From NCBI RefSeq assembly GCF_006345805.1, contig NC_043009.1:33480001-33544000 (forward strand): a DNA stretch of 64,000 bases. The letters run 5' to 3'. Made by a program: the position numbers and the translations under genes. Source of the stretch: Octopus sinensis (taxonomy: Eukaryota). The notes below the pieces were generated by a model, which was not told the origin of the DNA, ran no database searches, and was given only the letters and a program-made list of their open reading frames with translations. Below, piece by piece: positions 12,617-24,629 of this stretch (position 1 is its first letter; each line of letters starts with the position of its first letter).

Positions 12617-14884
12617 ACCGCTTATATATGTGTGTATGTATGTATATATGTGTGTAAGTGTATGTACGTACGTGTGTGTATATATGTGTATACTTTCAGG
12701 CCTAGGTCTCATAGCAGTAACTAAGAAATTACGAAGCCTTTTTTGGAATCAAGACAATTCTAGACATTCTTAAAGATGTGAATGAGTTCAGGGCTCACGT
12801 ATGCAGGTGTGACTGTACGTATCAGATATACGAAGGTTGGTTTTTCAATTCTACCAGTTTTCACTAGAGCACTGGGTTACTTACCTACAGAAGTTTTAGG
12901 GTTATATAACCTCTTTAATACACAAGTGTAACTGATTGCTCTTTATGTATACAACTGTATGTATTATATACGCACGAACTGAAATAAAATCTGTTTGGAA
13001 TCTTCTGGAAATCTTTTCCACGAAGCAACTAGATTTTATCAAATATCGCAACATATGAACTTTTGTGGTTCAACGTTCTTTTTTTCACATTTATTTTGTT
13101 TTTCTTCTTTGTTTATTTGGGGGGGGGTTCTGTTGTTCTATTCATAGATTTGCATATGTAGCATCTTCTTCGATGCTTTAAGAGACGACTTAACTGTCGT
13201 CGAAAGGAAATATAAATTGAAGCTTATTTACCAAAATGGTGGTCTGTTACTTTTTGTAAACATCCTATCCGTATATCATTAATCATTATCAACATCGGTC
13301 CCTCATTATTGCTAGCTAACTTACAAGAAGTCTTGCAGCGGTTGTTTTAAGAATGAATTAATCTTCTCTAGAGACATTTCATTAAGAACAACTTTGAAGT
13401 GTTTATATTCTTCGCTTTGCTCATTCAGGACAAACTTACTATGGCGGCTGCTACGAGAGTCGCTGGCTGCGACGTTTAAAAGGTTGGCTTTCTGCAATCT
13501 GTCATAGTAACTGCTATTGGCTGAAGCTAGTCTTTTATCACACGTGATATCATAATTGCAGTTGGCCTGGGAGACATTGTTGCTGTACAGTTATTTGGGT
13601 ATTATTTTCATTTTTAGGAATAAAATCCAGCCAACATTCTTCTTTCACTCAACAAATATTAACAGCTCTGAAATCATTCAACTCAGAATAAAGTCGGTTC
13701 CAGTATTATATATATATATATGTATATAGCCAACAGAAGAAATGTTTATTTATTTAATTATTAGCATAATTATATTGATTGCCTAAGTTATCATTGAGTT
13801 CATAATTCCAGGAAAAAAGTACTTAGCAAATTTTAATTCCTTCTAAATCTGCTAACGTTTCTGCTAGCTCGCCACCTTATAATTTTGAAATATTAAAAGT
13901 ATGATAACTCATTAATGTGCACTTTTCACGCTTGACGAGTTTCTGTGGTTGTTATTCATATTTTTCTCTACCACTGTGCAAAATTTCACGTGGTGGTCAC
14001 AAAAACAAAAAACTAGAGCAATTTTAGATGTCTGCATCCCGGCCTACTACATCTTTAACAATGTTGACACTCTATGAATAGTCACCAATGTTTGCCGATA
14101 TAATATATTTCATGTCACCATGTCCATGAATATTGTTTGGACCTGATTGTATGGTATATTCAAGTTGGAACAAGTGTCCAAGCAATTTTCTATAAAAAAA
14201 AATTTTCGTTGAATGTTATCAGGAGAATAAAATAAACAATTATTTAACAAGAATGATAGAAGTAGTATCAAAGTTGGAGACTGCAGTCTTCTGAAAGTCG
14301 GTGGTTAGACTCATACACACAGATACACGCACCTGCATAGATGCATCGTATTCATACACACACACACACACACACGTAGGTATGTGTATGTATGTTATTA
14401 TATACACAGATCTTTATGTCTTCACTTATATATGAATACATATACATCTATACGCCTGTATATATATGAATACATATATATATATGAATACATATACATC
14501 TATACGTCTCTGCGCCTGTATGTGTATCTATCAGAGGTGGAACTCCTGGGATATTGTTACATATTTCCAAAGCTTCGATTAGCGCGCTTCTCATTGAAAT
14601 TCTTTAAAGTTTTTCCAACAAACTTGGTGCAGGGGCCGTTAGACACATAACTATATACCCCCAATAATTACTGGTATGGATCTAAAGCTTCAATCCGGAT
14701 CTGCAGATTTCTCAGTTCTGGTTCTTTAACTTAATCATTACATTTGGTTGCATCTTGCGGGGTTGGAAAACATTACGTCAATAAAAAGACGCACAGCGAT
14801 TCTATTCCACTTTATAACCCTCCAAAAAAATTTCAGGCCTTGTGCCTTTAGTAGAAAGAATTATTATTATTTTTATTATGATTA

Positions 14885-14943
<59 letters not shown>

Positions 14944-14944
<1 letters not shown>

Positions 14945-15197
14945 TATGTTTGACTTTTGCTTTATGTCTGTATAAGTTGGCTCCAAGTCTCACCCAGAGA
15001 CCTCAAGAGACAACAGGTTGGAAGTTCTGTGCCATATATTTGGGTTTTTTTTTCTTTTTTTCTTTGGTGTTGTACTAGTGAATGTCTAATACATAAAAAT
15101 AAAAAAATAAATAAAAATTTTTTTTTTTTTTAAAGTTTGTTTTAAACCTTGGGATTACATAGAGAGTATTTTGCGTAGGATATGAGCAGTTCCCATG
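14944..15197 (-). mobile_element. R4/Dong-type extreme 3' fragment (last codons + 3' UTR)
   Basis: MGTAHILRKILSM* followed by ~200 bp to ...gtcaaacatag(aat)n. (TAA)n on both sides. Confidence 0.75.
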
Positions 15198-15244
15198 TTA
15201 TTATTATTATTATTATGATTATTATTATTATTATTATTATTGTT

Positions 15245-15836
15245 ATTCAGTAGTTTTATTTTTATAGCGTGCTTTCACTTCACTACCGAGCACAGCTCTG
15301 TGTGCCTTGGGTATGTGCTGTGATTTGTTGTGATGCTCTGGTGGTTATTGTATGGAAAGTGTTCTGCGTAGGATGTGTGCAGTGCTAGTAGTGCAATTTT
15401 CTGTATGTTATATGTGTTTGTAAGTCCTGGTGTTTTTGTTATGTATTTGTCTGAATATTTTTTTATCATGCCTAATGCACCTACTATGATAGGAATTGTT
15501 TCTGTTTTCAGATTCCACATTCTAGTTACCTCTATTTCCAGGTCTTTGTATTTTGAGAGTTTCTCCATTTCTTTTAGAGACACGTTGTCATCAGCCGGTA
15601 TTGATACATCAATTAGAAAGCATTTTTTTTATTGTTGTGTGGCTTCTATCTACATTTTCCTGGTGTATGTTTTCTTTTAGGTGTTCTATTTCTATTTCTG
15701 ATATTTTTTTTGTGTTGAGAATGTATCTTCGTACGTTAGCTAATTTATTAGGGTTCATTGCTGTATCCAAGTCTATATCTCTATTATTTTCCTTCCATAT
15801 TTTATATGTATGTGTTGTTGTATTTTCATTTTTTGG
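15245..15836 (-). mobile_element. R4/Dong-type element with apparent internal deletion
   Basis: 3' part KKCFLIDVSIPADDNVSLKEMEKLSKYKDLEIEVTRMW...IIVGALG, joined to a non-RLE segment (YKIWKENN...NKLANVRRYILNTKKISEIEIEHLKENI). (TAA)n on both sides. Confidence 0.8.
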
Positions 15837-15862
15837 GTTATTATTATTATATTATATTATTA

Positions 15863-15906
<44 letters not shown>

Positions 15907-15941
15907 TATTATCATTATTATCATTATCATTATTACTATTA

Positions 15942-15977
<36 letters not shown>

Positions 15978-16002
15978 TATTATTATTATTATTATTATTA
16001 TT

Positions 16003-16358
16003 GTCTTTGCTGGAGATGTACTACGGTGCCAGCTGTTCACTACCAGTGAATTAAGGTAACACTCCTTAGTTTTTGAGTACCATCCAGAGTATTCGAGCGG
16101 TCCCAAGCAGGGATGTTTTCTGCAAGTGCTCCACCCTTATTGCAGCCCCTATTGTTCCATGTACTTCTCAAGATTTTTACTCACTGTTCCCAGGGCTCCG
16201 ACAACTATTGGTACTACTACCACCTTTTTCAGTGACCACAACTGCTTAACCACCCAAGCTAACCTGTCGTATCTATCGACTTTTCTTTCTCCCTTATCAC
16301 ATACCTTGTCAGGTGGACGTGATATAGCTAAGATCCAGCATCGCTTGCTTTCTTTCTC
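16003..16358 (-). mobile_element. R4/Dong-type 3' fragment; duplicated at 16778-17135
   Basis: LWSLKKVVVVPIVVGALGTVSKNLEKYMEQIGAAIRVEHLQKTSLLGTARILWMVLKN* plus short 3' UTR. (TAA)n on both sides. Confidence 0.85.
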
Positions 16359-16359
16359 A

Positions 16360-16416
<57 letters not shown>

Positions 16417-16417
16417 T

Positions 16418-16630
16418 AGGCGGTGAACTGATAGAACCGTTTGCATGCTGGACAAAATGCTAAGGGGCATATCGTCTGTTTTTATGCCCTGAGTTCAAAT
16501 TCAGCCGAGGTCAACTTTGCCTTTCATCCTTTCGAGGTTGATAAAATAAGTACCAGTTGAATATTGGGGTCGATGTAATTGATTCATCCCCTTCCCCAAA
16601 ACTGCTGGCCTTGTACCAAAATTTGAAACC
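16418..16630 (+). mobile_element. SINE B ((ATT)n-tail variant); duplicated at 17196-17410
   Basis: aggcggtgaactg...gagttcaaatt...ccaaaatttgaaacc followed by (att)n. Confidence 0.82.
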
Positions 16631-16714
16631 ATTATTATTATTATTATTATTATTAATATTATTATTATTATTATTATATTATTATCATTATTATCATTAT
16701 CATTATTACTATTA

Positions 16715-16773
<59 letters not shown>

Positions 16774-17135
16774 TATTGTCTTTGCTGGAGATGTACTACG
16801 GTGCCAGCTGTTCACTACCAGTGAATTAAGGTAACACTCCTTAGTTTTTGAGTACCATCCAGAGTATTCGAGCGGTCCCAAGCAGGGATGTTTTCTGCAA
16901 GTGCTCCACCCTTATTGCAGCCCCTATTTGTTCCATGTACTTCTCAAGATTTTTACTCACTGTTCCCAGGGCTCCGACAACTATTGGTACTACTACCACC
17001 TTTTTCAGTGACCACAACTGCTTAACCACCCAAGCTAACCTGTCGTATCTATCGACTTTTCTTTCTCCCTTATCACATACCTTGTCAGGTGGACGTGATA
17101 TAGCTAAGATCCAGCATCGCTTGCTTTCTTTCTCA

Positions 17136-17195
<60 letters not shown>

Positions 17196-17494
17196 TAGGC
17201 GGTGAACTGATAGAACCGTTTGCATGCTGGACAAAATGCTAAGGGGCATATCGTCTGTTTTTATGCCCTGAGTTCAAATTCAGCCGAGGTCAACTTTGCC
17301 TTTCATCCTTTCGAGGTTGATAAAATAAGTACCAGTTGAATATTGGGGTCGATGTAATTGATTCATCCCCTTCCCCAAAACTGCTGGCCTTGTACCAAAA
17401 TTTGAAACCATTATTATTATTATTATTATTATTAATATTATTATTATTATTATTATTATTATTATCATTATTATTATTTATTATTATTATTATT

Positions 17495-17712
17495 GAGGCC
17501 GCGAGCTAGTAGCATTGCTACTTCGCCGGACAAAATATTTAGCGGCATTTCGCCTGTCTTTACGTTCTGAGTTCAAATTCCGCCGACGTTGGCTTTGCCT
17601 TTCATCCTTTCGGGATCGATAAAATAAGTACCATTTCAACGCTGGGGGTCAATGTAACTCGCTTACCCCTTCCTCTCAAAATTGCCGGCCTAGTGCCAAA
17701 ATTAGAATGTAC
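17495..17712 (+). mobile_element. SINE B copy
   Basis: gaggccgcgagct...ttagcggcatttcg...gagttcaaattccgccgac...cctagtgccaaaattagaa. Confidence 0.78.
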
Positions 17713-18170
17713 GATTATTGTTAATCAACATGTTAACCATCATTGTACCATCAAAATATTAATATCTAAAGGACAACTTATTTCTGTTAAAGTGCACGCT
17801 ATCTTTCTTCGGCGTGTGAGTATGGTGTATGATATACAACGCCAATATTTTCCACAAATATGTGTGTGGGGTGGGGTGAGTACAGCTATAAATAATTTCA
17901 AAATTAACAATTAAAATTAATTTTACAAACCACTTCGTTTAAATGAAATTACTGTTATAAGAAAAGTTTTCTGTTTTTATATATCAACTAACCATATCTG
18001 CGTTTGTGTGAGTTTTTGTTAATTAGTTTGAAGGTATGTGCTTGCATGTGCGTATATATCAGTAGAGATGTGTGTAAGTGTGTATATGTGTGGCTGGGAT
18101 TACATACATATATACATATAAATATATACATACATACATACATACACACATACATACATACATACATACA

Positions 18171-18204
<34 letters not shown>

Positions 18205-18480
18205 AATATATACATATATATGCACACATACATATACGCGTATATCATAGTGCATGTATATATTTTATATATAAAAATGTGTGTATACATGTGTGTGCGT
18301 GTGGATTTATATTTACATATACATATCTGTAAATATCATATATATATATATATTTATATATATGTGTGTATATATATATATAACATATAGACATGTGTTT
18401 TTATGTGTTTCTCTGCGTGTGTGTATGTGTGTGCGTGTTTGTGCATGTATATTATGAGTGTGTGTGCGTGCGTTTGTGTA

Positions 18481-18567
<87 letters not shown>

Positions 18568-18954
18568 TGTCGGTTTCCTCTCTCCTCCTGTGCACTATTA
18601 TCACTTGGTGAGCTTTAATGAATGGCGTACAATTTTCAATTATTTTCAAGTAGGTTGTGAAGTTATTGCTTGAAGAGAGGGGGGTAGAAAAGAGAGAGGT
18701 GGAGAGGGAAAGAAATATAAAGAGAGGGAGAGAAGAAAAGGAGGCAGGAAGGGGTGGGAAGAGAAAGTAAAATGAGAAAGTAGACTAATTATTTTCTTGC
18801 AGGGAATTAATTGACTACTTTAATAAAAGGTCTAAGTGATGTGTGGTGTGTGTGTGTGTGTGTGTGTATTATATTGTTGTGTTACTTTTATGTAAAATAT
18901 ATCATGGACATTTTATCATCATCATCATCATCATCGTCGTCGTCGTCGTTGTCG

Positions 18955-18987
<33 letters not shown>

Positions 18988-19279
18988 CCACATTCATCGT
19001 TACTATCATCAACGTCGACAAAATCAAAAGGAACAACAATACTGTGCGTTCAGAAACTGAAACTCTGCAGTTGAAACTTTAATTCTTTTTGAAGAGAGAA
19101 AAGCACCGTCTGGTTGGCCGGGTGGCTGGGTAGCCGGGTAGCTGAGTGACTGGGTGTTATATGTATGGGTGTGTTGGTGGGTCAATAAATGAATGGGTAG
19201 TCGGTAGATGCATGGTTGCTCTCCTTCAATGCATTAAACGTTGTTCAACGTCAGCTGATTAGGTTAGCAAAGATCTATC

Positions 19280-19600
19280 TTTACTTGAAACTTCATTTAG
19301 GAAGTCTTTCATTTCCTATAGATCTTTGACCACAATATCCGGTCAATTAGCCTTAACTTCTTATCTGTCTGCATAAACATCACCTACAGTATAGTCGCTT
19401 TCTCATTTTCTCAGACCTTTTTCAAGTATCTTTCACTTTCAGCTTTGAACCATTCTTACCTGGAGTTATGGGTTATAATTGTTTATTTCTACACTCTCCA
19501 GGTTATCCTGGATATTGACCACAGAGGTATTTTTCTTGCCCTCATTTTATCATAACATGCTGCAGTCCCATTTTTAGTTTAGGTTTTCAGCATTTTTTTC
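19280..19600 (-). mobile_element. Degenerate R4/Dong-type fragment
   Basis: ENEKATIL* and AN*PDIVVKDL in shifted frames. (ATT)/(ATC) tract at 19738-19820. Confidence 0.6.
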
Positions 19601-19756
19601 ATAAATTTCTATTGTTACTTCTCCTCTCCCTCCACACAATTTCAGCCGCAATCTCATGCTTCTTTTGGCTTCCTTCAGGGCAGAAAACACTATATTTACT
19701 GTTCGTGTTTTGAAGCTATTTCTGTAAATCTGTTATCTATTATTATTATTATTATT

Positions 19757-19808
<52 letters not shown>

Positions 19809-20144
19809 CCATCATCATCATCTTTTCACGGATGGAACGGTTGAAATAGATAAGGATAGTTTAGTTTAGAGCCAGGCAGCCAATTTCGTTTTATGTAGAA
19901 TTAAATACATTAAAAACAATGAGTTCGAGGCGAAGAATTTCAATACGGAAAATTTCAAGACAAAATACCAGCTAGAAACCATAAATCTTCAACTGAAATA
20001 GAAAATGATTTGACAAAAATATTCCGTTGGTTGCCTTTGCTTCTTTATTGACGCAGTTATTCCGTTACTCGAAGGTAAAGACTTTTCTCTCTTTCTTTTT
20101 GTCTTTTCTATCTTTTTCTTTCTCTGCTTTTTTTTTTATTTTCC

Positions 20145-20500
20145 TAATATTTTTCCCAAGCTATCGTTACTTCCTGGAAGCGTTATCTTCTGAATTACGC
20201 AGATGGAAGGTTTACCAGGCAGATCTTCGATTTTCAGTTTGGAATCACACTTCACTGCCCCCAACACTCATATATTTACAGGAACTTCTCTCGTCTCCAT
20301 ATTCCATGTCTTCTATATTTCTATTTCCATGTCTTTATATTTGCAGAGTTGTTCAAGTAGTTTTACCGAAATGTTATTTTCTGTTGGATAATCCACATCA
20401 ATAAACGTACAAGACCTGCTTATAGAATGTCTTTGATTACAATATCGCAATGGTTCACCGCTGTCTCCTTATCTCTGACAATCCACATACAATATATGTC
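20145..20500 (-). mobile_element. Degenerate R4/Dong-type RLE fragment
   Basis: NHCDIVIKD, CTFIDVDYPTENNISVKLLEQLCKYKDMEIEI*KTW, VLGAV, VIQKITL across frameshifts. Confidence 0.72.
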
Positions 20501-21254
20501 TAAAGAGAAGAGAATTCTAGACACTATATGTGCTTAAGAGAAGAATTTACATATTATACTTGTGTAAGATACGAATCTACAAATTACTTGTGTCTGAGAG
20601 AGGGTGGGTACATTTTGTTGGGTCTGAAGGAAGGGGCAGTGCCCATAGCCTTCGCAGACAACATTCACCCATTAGCCTCGACATCGGTTCCCATTGAACC
20701 TTTGCTGATCATCGCCTTTGGAAAGGACCTCAGCAAAAAGTGAGTTCCAGAAAGTCGATGTTCCAGGAAAGGACTGGAACTTAACAGTAAGTGCGGGACC
20801 TGAGGAGGGAGTTAAATACCACGAGGGTGATGAGAGAAAATGAGATAGCATTGATCCATCTAGCTCTTGAGAGCAGAAGCCATGATAGCAGCGGTAGAAA
20901 AGTCACATGGAGGAGACAAGATGCTTGTGGAACTGAGGCTGAAATATATCTGTGAATGACTTTGTGACGATCAGACTGGATGTCTATACGTGCAATAACA
21001 GCCCTGTCCCAAATGTGAGGGGGTGCAATATTTAATTGTGGAAATCACGTGAACCTTGTTGGGTATCGATAATTTCTGGAGACTGACACATTTTCTAGTC
21101 CTTGAGAGAAAGGTCGGCCATTAGGATGTGGTTCTAGTGTTAAAGATGTGCTTTCATCGAGAAAGATTATCGACGATTGTAAGACCTAACATATCCTGAA
21201 ATTGGTCTTTAATCGTCTTCATATCCATCTCTAAAACAAATCGACAATCTAATA

Positions 21255-21658
21255 TACGAAGTGCGTTCAAGGGCGAAGGGTTTGCGCATGCGGTGATTGT
21301 CGGAAACATTCGTTCCCAAAATGCTGACGGAGCAACATAAGCAATTCCGCATGGAAATCACTCAGAAGATGTTGGACTGTGCAAACCACGATTCAGATTT
21401 CACTGAGGATGAGAAATGAGTTTATGGTATCTGATTGATGCGTTCGGTTGTCTTGCACGAAAACCAAAGTCCGACAAGCACGCACTCTACGTCTGTACTC
21501 CAGGCGTCACAACCGACGACTGACGTGGTTTATCGGCGCGAAAATGTTCACGCATGCTCATGAACGTTGGTGTCACCTTCCACCCAAAGGATTTTGCTCA
21601 CGCGGAATTAGTTTTGGCGGGAGAAAATAAAGTCGGCTTCCTTTTGATCGCTCTTAGT
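21255..21658 (+). mobile_element. Internally deleted mariner element
   Basis: TA + cgaagtgcgttcaa terminus. FVPKMLTEQHKQFRMEITQKMLDCANHDSDF..DEK*VYG matches the mariner WVPxxL/DE..WVY region. Degenerate opposite TIR near 21630-21658. Confidence 0.7.
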
Positions 21659-21779
21659 CTTTTATAATACTCTTCTCCAAATTTTCTCCAAAAGTTCTCA
21701 GAGGAACGAACAGCTTTTTGGGATACTGAAGAACTCAGACACCGTTATCGAAATGACAGGATTAGTTCTAGCGATGGTA

Positions 21780-21920
21780 TAGCAGATTGGTTATGAGTGC
21801 TGAAGTATATTCGATCTGTCGACAACAAAGGTATTCCACGCATTCTTCTGGCTGTTAGATTGTTTGAAACAGGAGTTAAAGTGGGATAATGTCCTGCATG
21901 GCAAGTCCATCAGACTCATT
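21780..21920 (+). mobile_element. Possible RTE-type LINE C-terminal remnant
   Basis: LKYIRSVDNKGIPRILL...G..G*CP loosely resembles RTE GHVxRM.D.RIPK.LL...G.R..GRP. Confidence 0.35.
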
Positions 21921-22766
21921 GTAAAATGGATACCAAAATGTTGATAATGATAATGATGATGATGACGACGTCGACGACAACAATGATGAGGATGATTGTG
22001 ATGATGATGATGGTGGTGGTGGTGGTGGTGGTAGTGGGGACAGTGATAGTATTGGTGGTGATGATGGGGGATGATGATGTTTTTGAGGAGGAGGAGGTTG
22101 GCTGTAGTGGTAGTTGTGGTAATGGGCTGGAGGTGGTGATTGTGGTGATCACGAGCCTCATTATTATCGTCATTATCATCACAATCATCATCATGGCCCT
22201 GACAACAGTCCCCTGCTCTCGTATGAATGTCCACTCCAGCCAATGACCAGAACAATCATGAGACCAGCAGTTACTCCGTCTTCAGTTGTTTGTTTTAATG
22301 TCGTTATTTGATAAAATACATTGTTAAATCGGTAATGAGTCTGTGACATGTCAAATTAATTGAACTTGGGGCGAGAGGGGGTAGGGAGCGGTGGCGGTGG
22401 GAAAATAAATTAGTTGACTGATGAAGTGTCACGCTAATATAATTATTACTTGATGATAACGATGAGTTATTATTTGCTCATCAATAAATAATAACCATTT
22501 GATCTCGTCGGCTTGCTTATCAGACACCGAATTATTGATTAAATCAAATTAAAAACATTAAAACATGTTCATTTAACCCCTTCAAGTTAATTGCTAACTC
22601 CATTGGAGGATTTCTCGGGCGTGCAGAAGAACATGTGTGTGTGTGTGTTTAGAAGTAGATGTGCTCAGCATGCGACAAATTGCCTTATAAGTTTAAGGTT
22701 CAGGAAACGATGGCAATGTTACATTCCTGTAGAAAGAAAGAAACGAAACGAAACAAAGAAACAAAC

Positions 22767-22852
<86 letters not shown>

Positions 22853-23544
22853 TACTATTGTTGTTGCTATCATAAAACTTTGGCTCAGCTCCATGCAACT
22901 TACAGTTTCGTGGGCTCGTGGAACGAACATATCTCGTCAGATAACGAGAGAGAATAACAGGAGATAAAACAAATTCAAATGGCTTCTAGGTGTTAGGCCT
23001 TTATTGAACAACTCAGTCACGTGGTGTTATTACTCTGCGAGTGACATCAGTTGTTTCCTTTATTCTTAAGCCCAGTTGCTCGCTCAGGATGTCACCCCTA
23101 TGTGTGGTAGCAGTGGTATGGTTTAACAGCGACATCAGTTAGCTATATTTGTAGTTGTCGCGGGTTAGCGGAAATTTAACACTTGAGTAACCAGACTTGG
23201 TGGGGCTCGATTAAAATTTGGTAGCACGAGATTTTTAAAAATTGAGGCTTGATGGTCATCTATATGGGTATTACGGGTTAAATACTCTACACTTTTTATG
23301 AAGCAGCCAAGTGTGAGGTAGTGTGTGTGGATTATCGGCTGTCAGTGGCTTGAAGTTCATTAACAGAGAACGTCTCTGGCAGCAACAACAGGATTGTTCA
23401 TTTTCCTGTTGGCAGATACTCCAAGTTAGAGCTATGCGTAGTCTTTCGCGGAGACTAATAAATGGTACACCATTTGATGTCGTTCCGTAGGTCCACAGAG
23501 TCTCCAGATAAAACAGAACAGGGCGGTAGAGTTTTCTTTATGCC

Positions 23545-23850
23545 TGCACCTGAAGGTGTGCATATACTGATAAAGATTTCAATATGAGTCGAAACGAGCA
23601 TACAACTCTCCTTTTACTGTCCATGTATTGATGTAATTTTTACACCCATCGTCATACAAAGTACTTGCTATTATATCTATACCTATGTTCTATACTATGT
23701 TAATGTGACCACGCACATGGTGTTGGTGATTTCTTTTCCTTCTTCGGATTTTTCCTTTTCTGCTTTCTGACAAAGAGCTATGCTCGAAACATCAAAAACT
23801 CTCTCTCTCTTTACTGAGCGTCAAACTAATACATTCCTGGTGCACGTCTT
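23545..23850 (+). mobile_element. Penelope-type terminal-repeat remnants with degenerate hammerhead motifs
   Basis: ctgataa-a-gatt..agtc-gaaac (23567-23598) and ctgacaa-a-gagc-tat-gctc-gaaac-atc (23767-23793), followed by ctgagcgtcaaactaatacat, which recurs at 24418-24440. Confidence 0.55.
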
Positions 23851-23920
23851 CTTGTTGTTTGTTATTGTTAATTTTATTGTTCGTTTATTTCATTTTACCA
23901 TATAAATATATACATGCGTG

Positions 23921-23980
<60 letters not shown>

Positions 23981-24091
23981 ATACATACATACATCGACAG
24001 TGAATCATAAATCTGATAAAGAAGCACACTCTAAGTTATAGAGCAGTAGAGTATATAAGATAAAGATAGATATGGCCGGTTTATGAGATTT

Positions 24092-24306
24092 CCTGGGGTT
24101 TCGCGTCCATAAAGCGCTTATTTTTACAGCATTTCTTCAGACCCTAAACCCGCTGGTCAATGGCCTCTCTAGAAAATGGAGTAGGAAAAGACGCCAGTAT
24201 TCTTAATTTTCTAGAGAGGCCATTGCTAGAGGGGCCATAGGCCAACAGGTTTAGAGTCAGAGGAAATGCTGTAAAAAGAAGCGCTTTATGGACGCGAAAC
24301 CCCAGG
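24092..24306. mobile_element. MITE-like palindrome with ~85-100-bp inverted arms
   Basis: cctggggtttcgcgtccataaagcgctt... and ...aagcgctttatggacgcgaaaccccagg. ~28-bp spacer; left arm lacks ~15 bp. Confidence 0.75.
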
Positions 24307-24368
24307 TAACCTTGATCGCTAGGCACTATACTTTTTTCTATTTTCTCTCCCTGTTTATTTCTGTGTTC

Positions 24369-24404
24369 CTTTCTGTCGATGAGCATAGGCTCGAAACGTA
24401 AAAG
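24369..24404 (+). ncRNA. Minimal type-I hammerhead-like motif (one core substitution)
   Basis: cttt | CTGTCGA t gagc-atag-gctc GAAAC GTA | aaag: 4-bp stem I, 4-bp stem II, palindromic ACGT stem III. Core A6 is U. Confidence 0.5.
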
Positions 24405-24467
24405 ATCTTCTCACTTCCTGAGCGTTAAACTAATACATCTGTTTCTTGTATATATATATATATATAT

Positions 24468-24623
24468 ACGACGGGCTTCTTTCAGTTTCCGTCTACCAAA
24501 TCCACTCACAAGACTTTGGCTGACCGTAGGCTATGGTAAAAGACACTTGCCCAAGGTGCCACGCAGTGGGACTGAAACCGGAACCATGTGGTTGGGAAGC
24601 AAACTTCTTACCACACAGCCACG
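24468..24623 (-). mobile_element. SINE A head fragment
   Basis: Reverse complement of the first ~160 bp of family A. Confidence 0.8.
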
Positions 24624-24629
24624 TAGTCT

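Larger units (their letters stand above)
15855..17410. repeat. ~776-bp tandem duplication (Dong fragment + SINE B + microsatellites)
   Basis: gtctttgctggag at 16003 and 16778; unique parts identical apart from a 1-bp indel. Confidence 0.92.

Noticed and set aside
20640-21240. Possible Penelope RT remnant (MGT-like motif on the minus strand)
   Set aside because: Too degenerate to call by eye.
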